The notes: generated by a model from the letters alone, not told the origin. 64,000 nucleotides of DNA from Gemmatimonadales bacterium (GCA_035526925.1 DATLBL010000017.1:21071-85070), one strand, 5' to 3'. Numbered from the stretch's first letter, positions 18,830-29,044 are shown. Program-made: numbers and translations.

Positions 18830-19450
18830 GTGGCTTCAGAGGCTGATTACTCGCGGGCCGCCCTGGCTCGGTTCATCGAGTTTGTGGTAGACAAGAACCT
18901 CGTCCACCCCGCCACCGCTCAGGGCTGGCGCGTGGCCACGACGAAGGTCCTGGCCGATATCCCACCGGAAGGCACGGCCGATGTGCGCCGTATCGACGTG
19001 GACGTCACCTTCCGGGCTTTCCTGCACCGCACTCCCGGCCGCCTCTCACCGGCCTCGGTCGGGGAATATCGCCGGCGCGTGAGCCGCGCCATCGATGAGT
19101 TCGTGCGCTGGGTGGAGGATCCAGGGAACTATGCATTCCGGGGGTCGGGCCGAGCTCGAGGGGAGGCGCGCCGCCGCGCCCAGGCAAGCCCCGCCGACAT
19201 TCCGGCGGCCGACCGTCCTACTTCTATCGTCCCGCCGCAGAACGCGTCCGGAAGCGGGGGGAGGTCCTCGGCGGATATCCGGTTTCCGCTGCCACGCGGT
19301 GGGATCTCACTCGAGTACCCCCTGCGCCCCGACGTGCTGGCGCAGGTCGTGGTGCCGCGGGACCTGACTGTGGAGGAGGCACGGCGGATGGGTGCGTTTC
19401 TGGTAACTTTGGCGGTCGATTTCAGGCCCGCGCACCCAGTCGAAGCCTGA
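18830..19450 (+). CDS. Hypothetical protein, orphan (helical N-domain, low-complexity linker, short conserved-looking C-terminal motif)
   Basis: This 206-aa ORF has a GTG start with a strong SD (GGAGGG). The N-terminal ~100 aa resemble a recombinase core-binding/SAM-like helical domain (ARFIEFVVDKNLVHPATAQGWRVATTKVLADI). An R/S/G/P-rich linker follows. The C-terminus reads LRPDVLAQVVVPRDLTVEEARRMGAFLVTL. I recognised no catalytic motif. Confidence 0.65.
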   Translation: MASEADYSRAALARFIEFVVDKNLVHPATAQGWRVATTKVLADIPPEGTADVRRIDVDVTFRAFLHRTPGRLSPASVGEYRRRVSRAIDEFVRWVEDPGNYAFRGSGRARGEARRRAQASPADIPAADRPTSIVPPQNASGSGGRSSADIRFPLPRGGISLEYPLRPDVLAQVVVPRDLTVEEARRMGAFLVTLAVDFRPAHPVEA

Positions 19451-19483
19451 CACCGCCCCCGGCAGGGCCGTCTGTCCTCGCGC

Positions 19484-20596
19484 TCAGTCCCCGAGAAATT
19501 CGGCCACAGGCGAAAGCCTTTCGATGTGGTCGCCCAGGATTTTCAACGTCGCGATGATCGGCACGGCCAGAAACGCGCCAGCCACTCCCCACAGGTAGTA
19601 CCAGAACAGCACTCCCACCAGCACGGCCACCGGATTCAGCCGCAACCGGCGTCCATACGCGATCGGACTCACGAGGTTGTTCTGCAGCGTGGAGATCGTG
19701 AGGTACACCGCGGGCCCCATCAACGCACGCCCCACGCCGTCCGCCGTGGCGAGGCCCGCCAACGTCAGGAGGATCAGCATGCAGGCCCCGCCGAGAAACG
19801 GAATGAACTCCAGCAAGAAGGTGAGCATGCCCCACAGTACGGGGTTCGGCAGGTGGAGCAGCCACATCGCCAGGCCCACGAGGGCGCCCTGCCCCACGTT
19901 GATGAGTGCGGTCGCGACCATGTAGTGGGCCACCACGGTCTCGGTCTCCTGCGCGATGCGCACCGCTTCGACCTTGTCCCGCCTGAGGGGAACTACCTTC
20001 ACCAGCTTCTTCAGAAACTCGTCGCCCGACGCCAGCAGCAGCAGCGTGAGCAGGACGACCTCCACGAGCCCGCCGATCAAGCTCGTCGTGGTGCCGAACA
20101 CTCGGGCGGCAATCGTGGCGACACTCGGGCCGCCACCGGCGCTCGCGCCTGAAGCTCCCGACCCTGCGGGCGCCGGGGCGCGGCCACCAGGCCCGGGCTC
20201 TTCGCCGGCATGCTCAAGTTTGCTGGCGGCGTCCGTGATCGACTTCATCGGCCGCCGCAGACTCTGAAGGCGTTCCTGGGCGGCCGCGATAGTCTGGGGC
20301 GCCTCGGATGCCCACTGGCGCACCGGGTCAGCCATGAGGATGCCACCCGTCGCCAATACCCCGAGCAGAACGACGAGGACGGTGGTGGCCCCGACGGGCG
20401 CGGAGAGGCCGGCGCGTTCGAATCGGCGGACCAGCGGTCGAAGCAGGCCGGTGAAGAGGATCGCCAACGCGATCGGAACGAGGAAAACCCGCCCGAGGTG
20501 CAGGGCGGCCACGACCGCCAGGGTGGCCAGCACGACAATGCCGGACGGGCGCGGGGAAGGCGCGTCGTCCGGCATCGAGTCCTTCGAGCTCCGCAT
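19484..20596 (-). CDS. AI-2E family transporter (PerM/UPF0118-type permease)
   Basis: I placed the start at MRSSKDSMPDD inside track ORF 19484..21697. The protein is polytopic and carries the family-typical C-terminal block LLEFIPFLGG...NNLVSPIAYGRRLRLNPVAVL...LWGVAGAFLAVPI. It begins 8 nt downstream of fabF. Confidence 0.8.
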   Translation of the reverse strand: MRSSKDSMPDDAPSPRPSGIVVLATLAVVAALHLGRVFLVPIALAILFTGLLRPLVRRFERAGLSAPVGATTVLVVLLGVLATGGILMADPVRQWASEAPQTIAAAQERLQSLRRPMKSITDAASKLEHAGEEPGPGGRAPAPAGSGASGASAGGGPSVATIAARVFGTTTSLIGGLVEVVLLTLLLLASGDEFLKKLVKVVPLRRDKVEAVRIAQETETVVAHYMVATALINVGQGALVGLAMWLLHLPNPVLWGMLTFLLEFIPFLGGACMLILLTLAGLATADGVGRALMGPAVYLTISTLQNNLVSPIAYGRRLRLNPVAVLVGVLFWYYLWGVAGAFLAVPIIATLKILGDHIERLSPVAEFLGD

Positions 20597-20604
20597 GCGG
20601 GCCG

Positions 20605-21846
20605 CTACGCCTCCCAGCGCTTCACGGCGAGCGTGACGTTGTGGCCGCCGAAGCCGAACGAGTTGGACAGCGCCACATCCACTCGGCGCTCGACCTTGCG
20701 ATTGGGGGCGCAATCCAGATCGCACTCGGGGTCGGGTGTAAACTGGTTGATCGTCGGCGGGATGACGCCGCACGTGGCGACGAGGAGCGACACGGCAAAC
20801 TCGAGCGCGCCTGCGCCGCCGAGCAGGTGCCCGGTCATCGACTTGGTCGAGCCGAAGACCAGCTTCCGGGCCTGATCGCCCAGCACGGCCTTGACCGCTT
20901 CCGTCTCCGCCACGTCGCCCTGCGCGGTGCTGGTGCCGTGCGCGTTGATGTATCCGACATCCCGCGGATCGATCCGGCCGTCCGCCAGACAGGCGCGCAT
21001 CGCCCGTTGCGCGCCCTCCCCATGCTCGGCCGGCGACGTGATGTGGTACGCATCGCCGCTGGCGCCGTACCCGAGCACTTCGCCGAGGATCCGCGCGCCC
21101 CGCCGCTCGGCGTGCTCGAGACTCTCGAGCACGACTACGGCGCCACCGTCGCCCAGCACGAAGCCGTCGCGATCCAGGTCGAACGGGCGGCTCGCGGTTT
21201 CGGGCGAGTCGTTCCGGCTGGAGAGCGCCTTCATGTTCGCGAACGCGGCCACGGTGAGCCCGGTGATCGCGGCTTCGGCGCCTCCGGTGACCATCGCGTC
21301 CGCCACGCCGTTGCGGATCATGTGGAACGAGTCGCCGATCGCGTGCGCCGAGGAGGCGCAGGCGGACACCGTCGCGTAGTTCGGGCCCTTGAGCCCGTAT
21401 CGGATGGATACGAGGCCGGCCGCGATGTCCGGGATGAACATCGGCACGAAGAACGGAGAGACGCGATCCGGCCCCTTCAGCACGTAGGCGGCGCAGTTTT
21501 CCTCGTACGTCTGCATGCCGCCGATGCCGCTGCCGATGACGACGCCGGTGCGCTCGGGTGACGGGACATGACCGTCGAGCCCCGCCTGCGTGACGGCCTG
21601 GTGCGCGGCGGCGAGCGCGAACTGGGCGAACAGGTCGTAGCGCCGCGCTTCTTTGCGGTCGATGTACTGCAGTGGGTCGAAACCCTTCACCTCGCACGCG
21701 AAGCGGACCGAGAGCTTCTGGGGATCGAACTTCGTGATCGGCGCCGCCCCGGGCGTTCCCGCGAGCAGCGCGGCCCAGGTCGAATCGACGTCGGTCCCGA
21801 CGGGGGTCACCAGCCCGAGGCCGGTGACCACGACACGGTGCGCCAA
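20605..21846 (-). CDS. fabF: 3-oxoacyl-ACP synthase II
   Basis: The translation contains MAHRVVVTGLGLVTPVG, the active-site segment VSACASS, and NAHGTST...GHLLGGAG, over 413 aa. Confidence 0.95.
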   Translation of the reverse strand: MAHRVVVTGLGLVTPVGTDVDSTWAALLAGTPGAAPITKFDPQKLSVRFACEVKGFDPLQYIDRKEARRYDLFAQFALAAAHQAVTQAGLDGHVPSPERTGVVIGSGIGGMQTYEENCAAYVLKGPDRVSPFFVPMFIPDIAAGLVSIRYGLKGPNYATVSACASSAHAIGDSFHMIRNGVADAMVTGGAEAAITGLTVAAFANMKALSSRNDSPETASRPFDLDRDGFVLGDGGAVVVLESLEHAERRGARILGEVLGYGASGDAYHITSPAEHGEGAQRAMRACLADGRIDPRDVGYINAHGTSTAQGDVAETEAVKAVLGDQARKLVFGSTKSMTGHLLGGAGALEFAVSLLVATCGVIPPTINQFTPDPECDLDCAPNRKVERRVDVALSNSFGFGGHNVTLAVKRWEA

Positions 21847-21847
21847 G

Positions 21848-22087
21848 CTACTTCCCGATCTTCTCGTGCAGGTAATTCAGGGCGTCGCCGACGGTCCGGA
21901 GCTTCTCCGCGTCCTCGTCCGGGATGTCGATGTCGAACTCCTTCTCGAACGCCATCACGAGCTCCACCGTGTCCAGGCTGTCGGCGCCGAGGTCTTCCAT
22001 GAAGCTGGCTTCGCCCGTGAGCTTTTCGCGCTCGACGCCCAGCTCCTCGACGATGATGTCCTTGACCTTCTCTTCGACGTTGCTCAT
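21848..22087 (-). CDS. acpP: Acyl carrier protein
   Basis: The translation reads [18 protein letters not shown]...[19 protein letters not shown] and includes the DSL phosphopantetheine site. The start is the internal ATG of track ORF 21848..22114. Confidence 0.95.
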   Translation of the reverse strand: MSNVEEKVKDIIVEELGVEREKLTGEASFMEDLGADSLDTVELVMAFEKEFDIDIPDEDAEKLRTVGDALNYLHEKIGK

Positions 22088-22119
22088 GTGGTCCTCATTT
22101 GGAGTTTCACGCACGCGAG

Positions 22120-22860
22120 TCAGATGACTATGCCACCATCGACCACCAGAGTCTGCCCGGTGACGTACCCGGCCAGGTCGGAGGCCAGGAAAAGCACCGC
22201 CCCGGCGACGTCCTCGGGGCGCCCCAGACGTCCCAGGGCAATGTCCTGTAATAATGTAGCCCTCGCCTCGTCGGGCAAGGCGGCGGTCATGTCGGTTTCG
22301 ATGAAACCGGGCGCCACACAGTTGACGAGGATGCCGCGGCTGGCGTACTCCTTGGCCACCGACTTGGTAAAGCCGATGAGCCCCGCCTTGCTCGCCGCGT
22401 AGTTGGCCTGCCCCTTGTTACCCGTCAGCCCGACGATGCTGGTGATGTTCACGATGCGACCCGACCGGCGCTTCATCATGCCTTTGATGACGGCGCGGGT
22501 GGTATGGAAGGCGCCCTTGAGATTGGCGTCGAGCACCGCATCCCAGTCGGCATCGCTCAGGCGCAGCAGGATATTGTCGCGCGTAAGGCCGGCGTTGTTC
22601 ACCAGGACGTCGATCGGCCCCATGGCACGCTCTGCGGCGGTGATCGCGGCATGGACCTGGTCGGCGCGCGCCACGTCACAGGCGACCCCGAGCGAACGAG
22701 TCTCGAGCTCTGCCGCCACGGCCTCCGCACGGCCAAGGTCGCGACCGACCACGGCCACGCTGGCCCCGGCCGCGTGCAGCGTCCGTGCGATGGCCAGCCC
22801 GATTCCGCGGGTGCTGCCGGTGACGAACGCCACCTTTCCGTTCAAATCGATGGCCGTCAT
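22120..22860 (-). CDS. fabG: 3-oxoacyl-ACP reductase
   Basis: The translation contains [21 protein letters not shown], and YAASKAG (the SDR catalytic YxxxK). Its ATG overlaps the fabD stop (ATGA). Confidence 0.95.
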   Translation of the reverse strand: MTAIDLNGKVAFVTGSTRGIGLAIARTLHAAGASVAVVGRDLGRAEAVAAELETRSLGVACDVARADQVHAAITAAERAMGPIDVLVNNAGLTRDNILLRLSDADWDAVLDANLKGAFHTTRAVIKGMMKRRSGRIVNITSIVGLTGNKGQANYAASKAGLIGFTKSVAKEYASRGILVNCVAPGFIETDMTAALPDEARATLLQDIALGRLGRPEDVAGAVLFLASDLAGYVTGQTLVVDGGIVI

Positions 22861-23783
22861 GCCAGAAACCGCTCCACTTCGTCTGCCGTGCCGAGCGTCA
22901 GCGTCGGTGCCCCGGGCACGATGCGCTTGAGCAGGCCCGCGAGCACGTTGCCGGGCCCGATCTCGACGAACGTGGCCCCGGGCACGAGGGCAGCCGCCGC
23001 CTGCATGCACTCTACCCACCGCACCGGCGCGGTGAGCTGGTCGACCAGGAGTCGCTTGGCATCCACGCCGAGGCGGACCGGCTCGGCGCCGGCGTTGGCG
23101 ATCACCGGCCATGCCGGGTCGGTGAACTCCACGCCGGTCAGTGCGTCGTGAAGCCCGTCGACGGCCGGCGCCATGAGTGGGGAATGGAAGGCACCGCTCA
23201 CCTTGAGGGGCAGGACCCGTTTGGCCCCGCGGGCTTTGCAACCCTCGCCCGCGCGAGTGACGGCGGCGGGATCTCCCGAGATCACGGTCTGGTCGGGCGC
23301 GTTCAGGTTGGCCGCGACGGCGACGCCGTCCGCTCCCGAGGCCTCGTTGCAGGCTCGGTCCACATCCGCGGTGGCCAGGCCCAGCACCGCGGCCATCGCG
23401 CCGGGGCGCGCCTGGCCGGCCGCGTACATCAGCTCCCCCCGCCGGCGCACGAGGGCCGCGGCCGCAGTCGGGGTCAGCGTCCCCGCGGTCACGTGCGCGC
23501 TGTACTCGCCGAGGCTGTGCCCCGCTGCGGCGCCGACCGAGGTGAAGCGGTGCTTGACCACAGTCCACACCGCCGCGGAATGGGCGAGGATGGCGGGCTG
23601 GGTGTTGTGGGTGAGCGTAAGCTCGTCTTCCGGCCCCTTCCACATGAGCCTGGACAGGGCGACGCCGAGCGTGTCGTCGATCGCCTGGAAGGTGTCGCGG
23701 GCGGCGGGGAAGCGCTCGGCCAGATCGAGCCCCATGCCAACGCGCTGCGCGCCCTGCCCCGGGCACATGAGTACGGTGCTCAC
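22857..23783 (-). CDS. fabD: Malonyl CoA-ACP transacylase
   Basis: The translation contains LMCPGQGAQRVGMG, GHSLGEYSA (active Ser) and AFHSPLM. The GTG start overlaps the fabH stop (GTGA). GTG at 23786 is an alternative. Confidence 0.9.
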   Translation of the reverse strand: MSTVLMCPGQGAQRVGMGLDLAERFPAARDTFQAIDDTLGVALSRLMWKGPEDELTLTHNTQPAILAHSAAVWTVVKHRFTSVGAAAGHSLGEYSAHVTAGTLTPTAAAALVRRRGELMYAAGQARPGAMAAVLGLATADVDRACNEASGADGVAVAANLNAPDQTVISGDPAAVTRAGEGCKARGAKRVLPLKVSGAFHSPLMAPAVDGLHDALTGVEFTDPAWPVIANAGAEPVRLGVDAKRLLVDQLTAPVRWVECMQAAAALVPGATFVEIGPGNVLAGLLKRIVPGAPTLTLGTADEVERFLA

Positions 23784-24772
23784 CACCGGATCACCGAGCT
23801 GCCCCAGGTGAAGCCCGCGCCGAAGGCGACGAGCAGGATGACTGCGCCGGACCCGATCCGCCCTTCGGCCACCGCCTGCTCGAGCGCGAGCGGAATCGAC
23901 GCCGACGACGTATTCCCGTAGCGATCCACGTTCACCATGACCTTCGACATCGGCATGCCCGCGTGCTTGGCCGTGGCTTCGATGATCCGCAGATTGGCCT
24001 GGTGGGGGACCAGCAGGTCGATCTGGTCGGCCGTCACGCCGGCCCGGCGGAGCGCTTCGTCGCACGCATCGGCCATGGCGAGGACGGCGGCCTTGAACAC
24101 CTCGCGCCCCGCCATCTTCATGTAGTGGGAACGCTCGCAGACGACCCGTTCGCTGATGGGGTCCAGCGACCCGCCGCCGGGACGGTACAGGAGCGGCGCG
24201 AGCCGCCCGTCCGACTTGATGAATGTCGAGAGAATGCCCCGCCCGGGGCGTGTCGAGCGCCGCACGACCGAGGCGCCGGCGCCGTCGCCGAAGAGAATGG
24301 CGGTGGAGCGATCCTCAAAATCGGTGATCGTCGACAGCTTCTCCGCGCCGACCACGAGCACCGTCTCGCTCTGACCCGAGGCGATCAGGCCCTCGGCCAC
24401 CGTGAGTGCGTAGAGGTACCCGGGACAGGCGGCGCCGATGTCGAAGGCGGCCGCGTTCTCGGCGCCGAGCAGCGCCTGGAGGTCGCACGCGGTGGACGGC
24501 AGCAAGCGATCGGGACTGGCCGTCGCCAGCACGATCGCATCGAGCTCGGCCGCGACGACACCCGCGGCGGCGAGCGCGCGGAGGCTGGCCTCGTGGCTCA
24601 ACATGGCGACCGTCTGCTCGGGCCGCGCGATGTGCCGTTCGCGGATACCGGTCCGCTCGACGATCCATGCGTCGGAGGTCTCGAGCATGCGGCTCAAGTC
24701 GTCGTTGGTCAGCACGCCGGGCGGGACGGCCACGCCGACGCTCGCCAGCTCCGCGAACGGACGGGCGATCAT
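23780..24772 (-). CDS. fabH: 3-oxoacyl-ACP synthase III
   Basis: The translation contains SDAWIVERTGIRERH, GAACPGYLYAL (active Cys), HQANLRI and GNTSSASIPLAL. It has an ATGA overlap with plsX. Confidence 0.95.
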   Translation of the reverse strand: MIARPFAELASVGVAVPPGVLTNDDLSRMLETSDAWIVERTGIRERHIARPEQTVAMLSHEASLRALAAAGVVAAELDAIVLATASPDRLLPSTACDLQALLGAENAAAFDIGAACPGYLYALTVAEGLIASGQSETVLVVGAEKLSTITDFEDRSTAILFGDGAGASVVRRSTRPGRGILSTFIKSDGRLAPLLYRPGGGSLDPISERVVCERSHYMKMAGREVFKAAVLAMADACDEALRRAGVTADQIDLLVPHQANLRIIEATAKHAGMPMSKVMVNVDRYGNTSSASIPLALEQAVAEGRIGSGAVILLVAFGAGFTWGSSVIRW

Positions 24773-25782
24773 GCCCGGGCCGCGATCTCGCGCTGCGCGA
24801 ACTCGGCCGCGATGTGCGCGTTGAGGTCGGCGCGCACGGCCTGGAGCGCGACGCGAATCCCGTTCCGGATGGCGTTCGGACTCGAGGCGCCGTGACAGAT
24901 GATCGACACTCCGCGGACGCCGAGGAGCGGCGCGCCGCCGTACGTGGAGTAGTCGAGCACGCTCATGAGCTCGCGGAGCGCCGGCCGCTCGAACACGTCG
25001 GGTGCGCGCTCCATCACGAGCCCCACGAAGACACGGGCCGCCGACTCGTAGAATTTCAACACCACGTTGCCGACGAACCCGTCGCAGACTACCACGTCGA
25101 CGTGGATGCGGCGCTGGGGGCCCGGCAGGATGTCACGACCTTCGATGTTGCCGGCGTAGTGAAGGCGGGGAGAGCGCTTGAGCAGCTGGTGGGCCTCGCG
25201 CACGACCGCGGTGCCCTTCTCCTCTTCCTCGCCCACATTGAGGAGACCAACCACGGGGTTGGTCCGTCCGAGGATGTCGCGGCTGTATACGGTACCGAGA
25301 TAGGCGAAGCCCGCCAGCTCCTTGGCGGAGCAATCGAGATTGGCTCCGCCATCGAGCACCAGCACGGGCTCGCCGCCCGTCGGAAAGATGGTGGCCACGG
25401 TGGCCCGCTCGACGCCGTCGTGCAACCCCAGCAGGACGGTGGCGGCGGCAAGGGTGGCGCCAGTATTGCCGGCCGACAAAAAAGCGTCGGAGCGGCCCTG
25501 CTTCTGCAGCGTGAGGCCGACCACGACGCTCGATTTGGGCTTCTTCCTCACCGCCGCCAGCGGCTTCTCGCCCATGCCGATGACGTCCATCGCTTCGTGG
25601 ATCTCGAGCCGGGCGCGGTCGACATCCGCGTGCTTGGCCAACTCAGCCTCGATGACCTCGGGCCGGCCGACCAGCTGCACCACGAAGTCGCCGGGAAGGC
25701 TCGCGATGGCCTGGAGCACCCCGGCGATCTCGGCCTGTGGTGCCTTGTCGCCCCCCATCGCGTCTACGGCGACGCGAATCAC
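24769..25782 (-). CDS. plsX: Phosphate acyltransferase
   Basis: The translation starts VIRVAVDAMGGDKAP and contains a GNVVLK-type block (VGNVVLKFYE). The GTG start lies 2 nt after the rpmF stop. Confidence 0.9.
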   Translation of the reverse strand: MIRVAVDAMGGDKAPQAEIAGVLQAIASLPGDFVVQLVGRPEVIEAELAKHADVDRARLEIHEAMDVIGMGEKPLAAVRKKPKSSVVVGLTLQKQGRSDAFLSAGNTGATLAAATVLLGLHDGVERATVATIFPTGGEPVLVLDGGANLDCSAKELAGFAYLGTVYSRDILGRTNPVVGLLNVGEEEEKGTAVVREAHQLLKRSPRLHYAGNIEGRDILPGPQRRIHVDVVVCDGFVGNVVLKFYESAARVFVGLVMERAPDVFERPALRELMSVLDYSTYGGAPLLGVRGVSIICHGASSPNAIRNGIRVALQAVRADLNAHIAAEFAQREIAARA

Positions 25783-25784
25783 CC

Positions 25785-25967
25785 TCAGGCGTCCTCGACC
25801 TCGACCTGCTTCTTGCCGCGGTAGTACCCGCAGGAATCGCACACGCGATGGGAGAGCTTGGGCGAGCCGCAGCGCGGACACGCTTGCGTCGCCATGCTCG
25901 GCGCCGCGTGATGCCCGCGCCTCAGCCGCTTGCGGGATTTCGAGGTTCGACGCTTCGGGACTGCCAT
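25785..25967 (-). CDS. rpmF: 50S ribosomal protein L32
   Basis: The translation starts [19 protein letters not shown] and has the zinc ribbon CPRCG...CDSCG. The start is the internal ATG of track ORF 25785..26009. Confidence 0.95.
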   Translation of the reverse strand: MAVPKRRTSKSRKRLRRGHHAAPSMATQACPRCGSPKLSHRVCDSCGYYRGKKQVEVEDA

Positions 25968-25974
25968 GGTGTCC

Positions 25975-26454
25975 TCAAACAGGTTCGGCAGAGGTGGTGT
26001 GACAGGCACACGGCCCTGCGTTCAAGTCCGCCCCACACTGGGGACAGAGTCCGGCACAGTCATCCCGGCAGAGCAGCAGGCCGCTGTGCGCGGCGAGCGC
26101 CAACTCCTCCCGCACGATCTCGGTGACGTCGATGCTGTTGGCGCGCTCGGGTAACGAATAAAAACCGGGATCGTCGGCCGCGTCGGGGTCGGTCGAGAAG
26201 ACGGCGGCGTCGACGTCGACATCGACTTCGTCCAGCACGTCCGTCAAGCAGCGACGGCACTCGCCATGGACGACGCCGTGCACATGGCCGCGCCAGAGGT
26301 ATTCGCCGTCGCCGGTGGCCTGAAGCTGACCCTGCACCGACACCGGTCCATCGAGTCCCAGCCCCAACCCCTCGAACGCGGGATCGTCGGGCCCGAGTTG
26401 CCCGTCCGTTCGTACGGGACCGCGCTGCAGGTCCCGAATGTCCACTCGCAGCAT
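25975..26454 (-). CDS. yceD: YceD/DUF177 family large-subunit rRNA accumulation protein
   Basis: This 159-aa protein has an acidic region and a C-terminal [17 protein letters not shown] motif. It occupies the conserved position upstream of rpmF-plsX-fab. Confidence 0.85.
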   Translation of the reverse strand: MLRVDIRDLQRGPVRTDGQLGPDDPAFEGLGLGLDGPVSVQGQLQATGDGEYLWRGHVHGVVHGECRRCLTDVLDEVDVDVDAAVFSTDPDAADDPGFYSLPERANSIDVTEIVREELALAAHSGLLLCRDDCAGLCPQCGADLNAGPCACHTTSAEPV

Positions 26455-26462
26455 AGCCGCTT

Positions 26463-26491
26463 AAGGTAGCTGGGACAACAACTTGGGTCAA
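26463..26491 (-). promoter_or_regulatory. Sigma70-like promoter TTGACC-N17-TACCTT, 8 nt upstream of the yceD ATG (leaderless or near-leaderless)
   Basis: The minus strand reads TTGACC caagttgttgtcccagc TACCTT aagcggct ATG. It sits at the head of the yceD-rpmF-plsX-fab operon. Confidence 0.55.
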
Positions 26492-26519
26492 GCGGCGGTG
26501 TATCGAGACCGCTCACGGC

Positions 26520-26954
26520 TCAGCGCCCCCACAGCGCGGCCCGTTCCCCCTCGGTGAAGAAGAACGCCACCTCGCGGGCCGCGTTCTCGTCGCTGTCGGA
26601 TGCGTGAATGGCGTTCCGGCCCTTCGATTCGGCGTACAGCTTCCGGATGGTGCCCGCTGCCGCCTCGGCCGGGTCGGTAGCCCCGATGACCGTGCGGAGC
26701 GTCGGGACCGCGTCGGCCCGTTCGAGCGCCATCGGCAGACACGGTCCGCTGGTCATGAAGGACACGAGCTCCGCGAAGAACGGTCGCTGGCGGTGGACCT
26801 CGTAGAACGCTCCCGCCTGCTCCGGCGTGAGCCGCACCAGGCGCGCGGCGCGCAGCACGAATCCGGCGTCCTGCAGGTGCGCCACGATCTTGCCGGTCTT
26901 GCCGCTGGCCACGGCGTCCGGCTTCACGATCCCGAGCGTCAACGATTCGGCCAC
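26520..26954 (-). CDS. ndk: Nucleoside diphosphate kinase
   Basis: The translation contains LTLGIVKPDAV, FYEVHRQRPFF, TIRKLYA and NAIHASDS (active His). The GTG start lies 3 nt after GGAGGAG. Confidence 0.95.
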   Translation of the reverse strand: MAESLTLGIVKPDAVASGKTGKIVAHLQDAGFVLRAARLVRLTPEQAGAFYEVHRQRPFFAELVSFMTSGPCLPMALERADAVPTLRTVIGATDPAEAAAGTIRKLYAESKGRNAIHASDSDENAAREVAFFFTEGERAALWGR

Positions 26955-27035
26955 GACTCCTCCACGAGCTTGAATGGTTTAGCGGCTGGCGAGCAAGCGC
27001 CGGACAGAGTTGCCGGTCGCGGGGGTCGCGCAGCT

Positions 27036-27908
27036 TCACATCTTCGACCGGAGCTGCTCGATCACGTCCACCGGACGGCGCATGATGCCGATCCCCGCCG
27101 ATTCGAACGCGGCCAGCTTCTCCTCCGCCGTTCCCGACGATCCCGAGATGATCGCGCCCGCGTGACCCATCCGGCGGCCCTTGGGGGCCGTCTGGCCCGC
27201 GATGAAGCCGACGACCGGCTTGGTGACGTGCGCCTTCACGAAGGCCGCGGCGTTCTGTTCATCGGTACCGCCGATCTCACCCATCATGACAATCGCGTCA
27301 GTCTCGGGGTCGTCCTGGAACGCCTGCAGGCAGTCGATGAAGTTGGTGCCGATGATCGGGTCGCCGCCGATGCCGACGCACGTGCTCTGGCCGATGCCCG
27401 CCCGCGTCAGGTGGTTGACCACCTCGTACGTCAGCGTGCCACTCCGGGACACCATGCCGACCCGTCCGGGAGCGCAGATGTTGCCGGGGATGATGCCCAC
27501 CTTGGCGCGCGCCCCCGGCGCGATCAGCCCCGGACAGTTCGGTCCGATGAGGCGGACGCCCCGGCTCCGGACGAACGGCATCGCGCGGCTCATGTGCATG
27601 ACCGGAATGCCTTCGGTGATGCACACGATGAGGGGCAGCCCCGAGTCCGCCGCCTCGATGACCGCGGCCGCCGCGGCCATCGGCGGCACGTAGATCACCG
27701 ACGCGTTGGCCCCGGTGGCTCTTACGGCCTCGTCCACGGTGTTGAACACCGGAACCTTGCCCTCGAACGTCTGCCCACCCTTCCCCGGCGTGACACCCGC
27801 GACGAGCGCCGTTCCGTAGTCCAGCATCTGCCGGGCGTGGAAGGAGCCTTCCCGCCCCGTGATTCCCTGCACGACGAGACGCGTAGAGCGATCGACGAAG
27901 ATGCTCAT
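27036..27908 (-). CDS. sucD: Succinyl-CoA synthetase alpha subunit
   Basis: The translation contains [28 protein letters not shown] and MGHAGAI (phospho-His loop). It has an ATGA-type overlap with sucC. Confidence 0.95.
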   Translation of the reverse strand: MSIFVDRSTRLVVQGITGREGSFHARQMLDYGTALVAGVTPGKGGQTFEGKVPVFNTVDEAVRATGANASVIYVPPMAAAAAVIEAADSGLPLIVCITEGIPVMHMSRAMPFVRSRGVRLIGPNCPGLIAPGARAKVGIIPGNICAPGRVGMVSRSGTLTYEVVNHLTRAGIGQSTCVGIGGDPIIGTNFIDCLQAFQDDPETDAIVMMGEIGGTDEQNAAAFVKAHVTKPVVGFIAGQTAPKGRRMGHAGAIISGSSGTAEEKLAAFESAGIGIMRRPVDVIEQLRSKM

Positions 27909-29044
27909 GCGGCCGCCTTGGCCAGCGCCACCACCTGCTGCACCGCCTGATCCATGTCGCTCAGCGCGCGCATGCCCACGCCCTCGAGGATCCGGATTGC
28001 TTCGTTCTCGTTGGTGCCGGTAAGGCGAATGACGATGGGCACGTTCACCTTGAACTGCCTGGTGGCGGCGACGATGCCGTTGGCCACGTCGTCGGTCCGG
28101 GTGATCCCGCCGAAGATGTTGAAGAGGATCGCCTTCACGTGGGGGTCGGCGGTGATGATCTTGAGGGCGTTGATGACCTTCTCCGGGCTCGAGCTGCCGC
28201 CGATGTCGAGGAAGTTGGCGGGCTCCCCGCCGTAGTACTTGACCAGGTCCATCGTGGCCATGGCCAGCCCGGCGCCGTTCACCACACAGCCGACGTTGCC
28301 GTCGAGCTTGATGAACGACAGGTTGGCGCGCCGCGCCGCGGCCTCGCTCGGCTCCTCGGCGGAGTCGTCGCGGAGCACGCCGAGGTCGGGACGCCAGAAC
28401 AGCTCGTTGTCGTCGATGACGACCTTGGCATCGAGGGCGAGGACGCGGCCATCGGGGGTGGTCACCAGCGGGTTGATCTCCGCGAGCGAGGCGCCGTTAC
28501 TCACGAATGCCGCGTATAGCTGCTCCATAATTTTGGCGGCGGCCTTCACCTGGGCGAAATCCCGATACAGCACGAACGCGAGCCGCAGCGCCTGGTGCGG
28601 GAAGAGGCCGTTGGTGGGATCGACCGGCAGCCGCACGATCTTCTCGGGAGTCTTGGCCGCCACTTCCTCGATGTCCACACCGCCCGCGCTGCTCACCATG
28701 AACACCGGCCGCTGCGTCTCGCGGTCCATGATGAGTCCGACGTAGCTCTCGGTGGCGATCTCCGCGGCGGGCACCACGAGCACCTTGTGCACGGTGAGCC
28801 CCTTGATCGTCATGCCGAGAATCTGCGCGGCCTCGTCGGCGGCCTCCGCGGGGTTGCGGGCGAGCTTGACGCCGCCGGCCTTGCCGCGGCCGCCGGCATG
28901 CACCTGCGCCTTGATGACCACGGTGCCACCGATCCGACGGGCGATGGCTTCGGCCTCGGTCGGCGTCGACGCGACGTCGCCCTCGAACATCGGAACACCC
29001 ACGGCCTTCAGCAGCGCGCGCGCCTGGTACTCGTGCAGGTTCAC
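27905..29044 (-). CDS. sucC: Succinyl-CoA synthetase beta subunit
   Basis: The translation starts [12 protein letters not shown] and contains [24 protein letters not shown] and NIFGGITR. The GTG start overlaps the carbamate kinase stop (GTGA). The track ORF runs far upstream. Confidence 0.95.
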   Translation of the reverse strand: MNLHEYQARALLKAVGVPMFEGDVASTPTEAEAIARRIGGTVVIKAQVHAGGRGKAGGVKLARNPAEAADEAAQILGMTIKGLTVHKVLVVPAAEIATESYVGLIMDRETQRPVFMVSSAGGVDIEEVAAKTPEKIVRLPVDPTNGLFPHQALRLAFVLYRDFAQVKAAAKIMEQLYAAFVSNGASLAEINPLVTTPDGRVLALDAKVVIDDNELFWRPDLGVLRDDSAEEPSEAAARRANLSFIKLDGNVGCVVNGAGLAMATMDLVKYYGGEPANFLDIGGSSSPEKVINALKIITADPHVKAILFNIFGGITRTDDVANGIVAATRQFKVNVPIVIRLTGTNENEAIRILEGVGMRALSDMDQAVQQVVALAKAAA

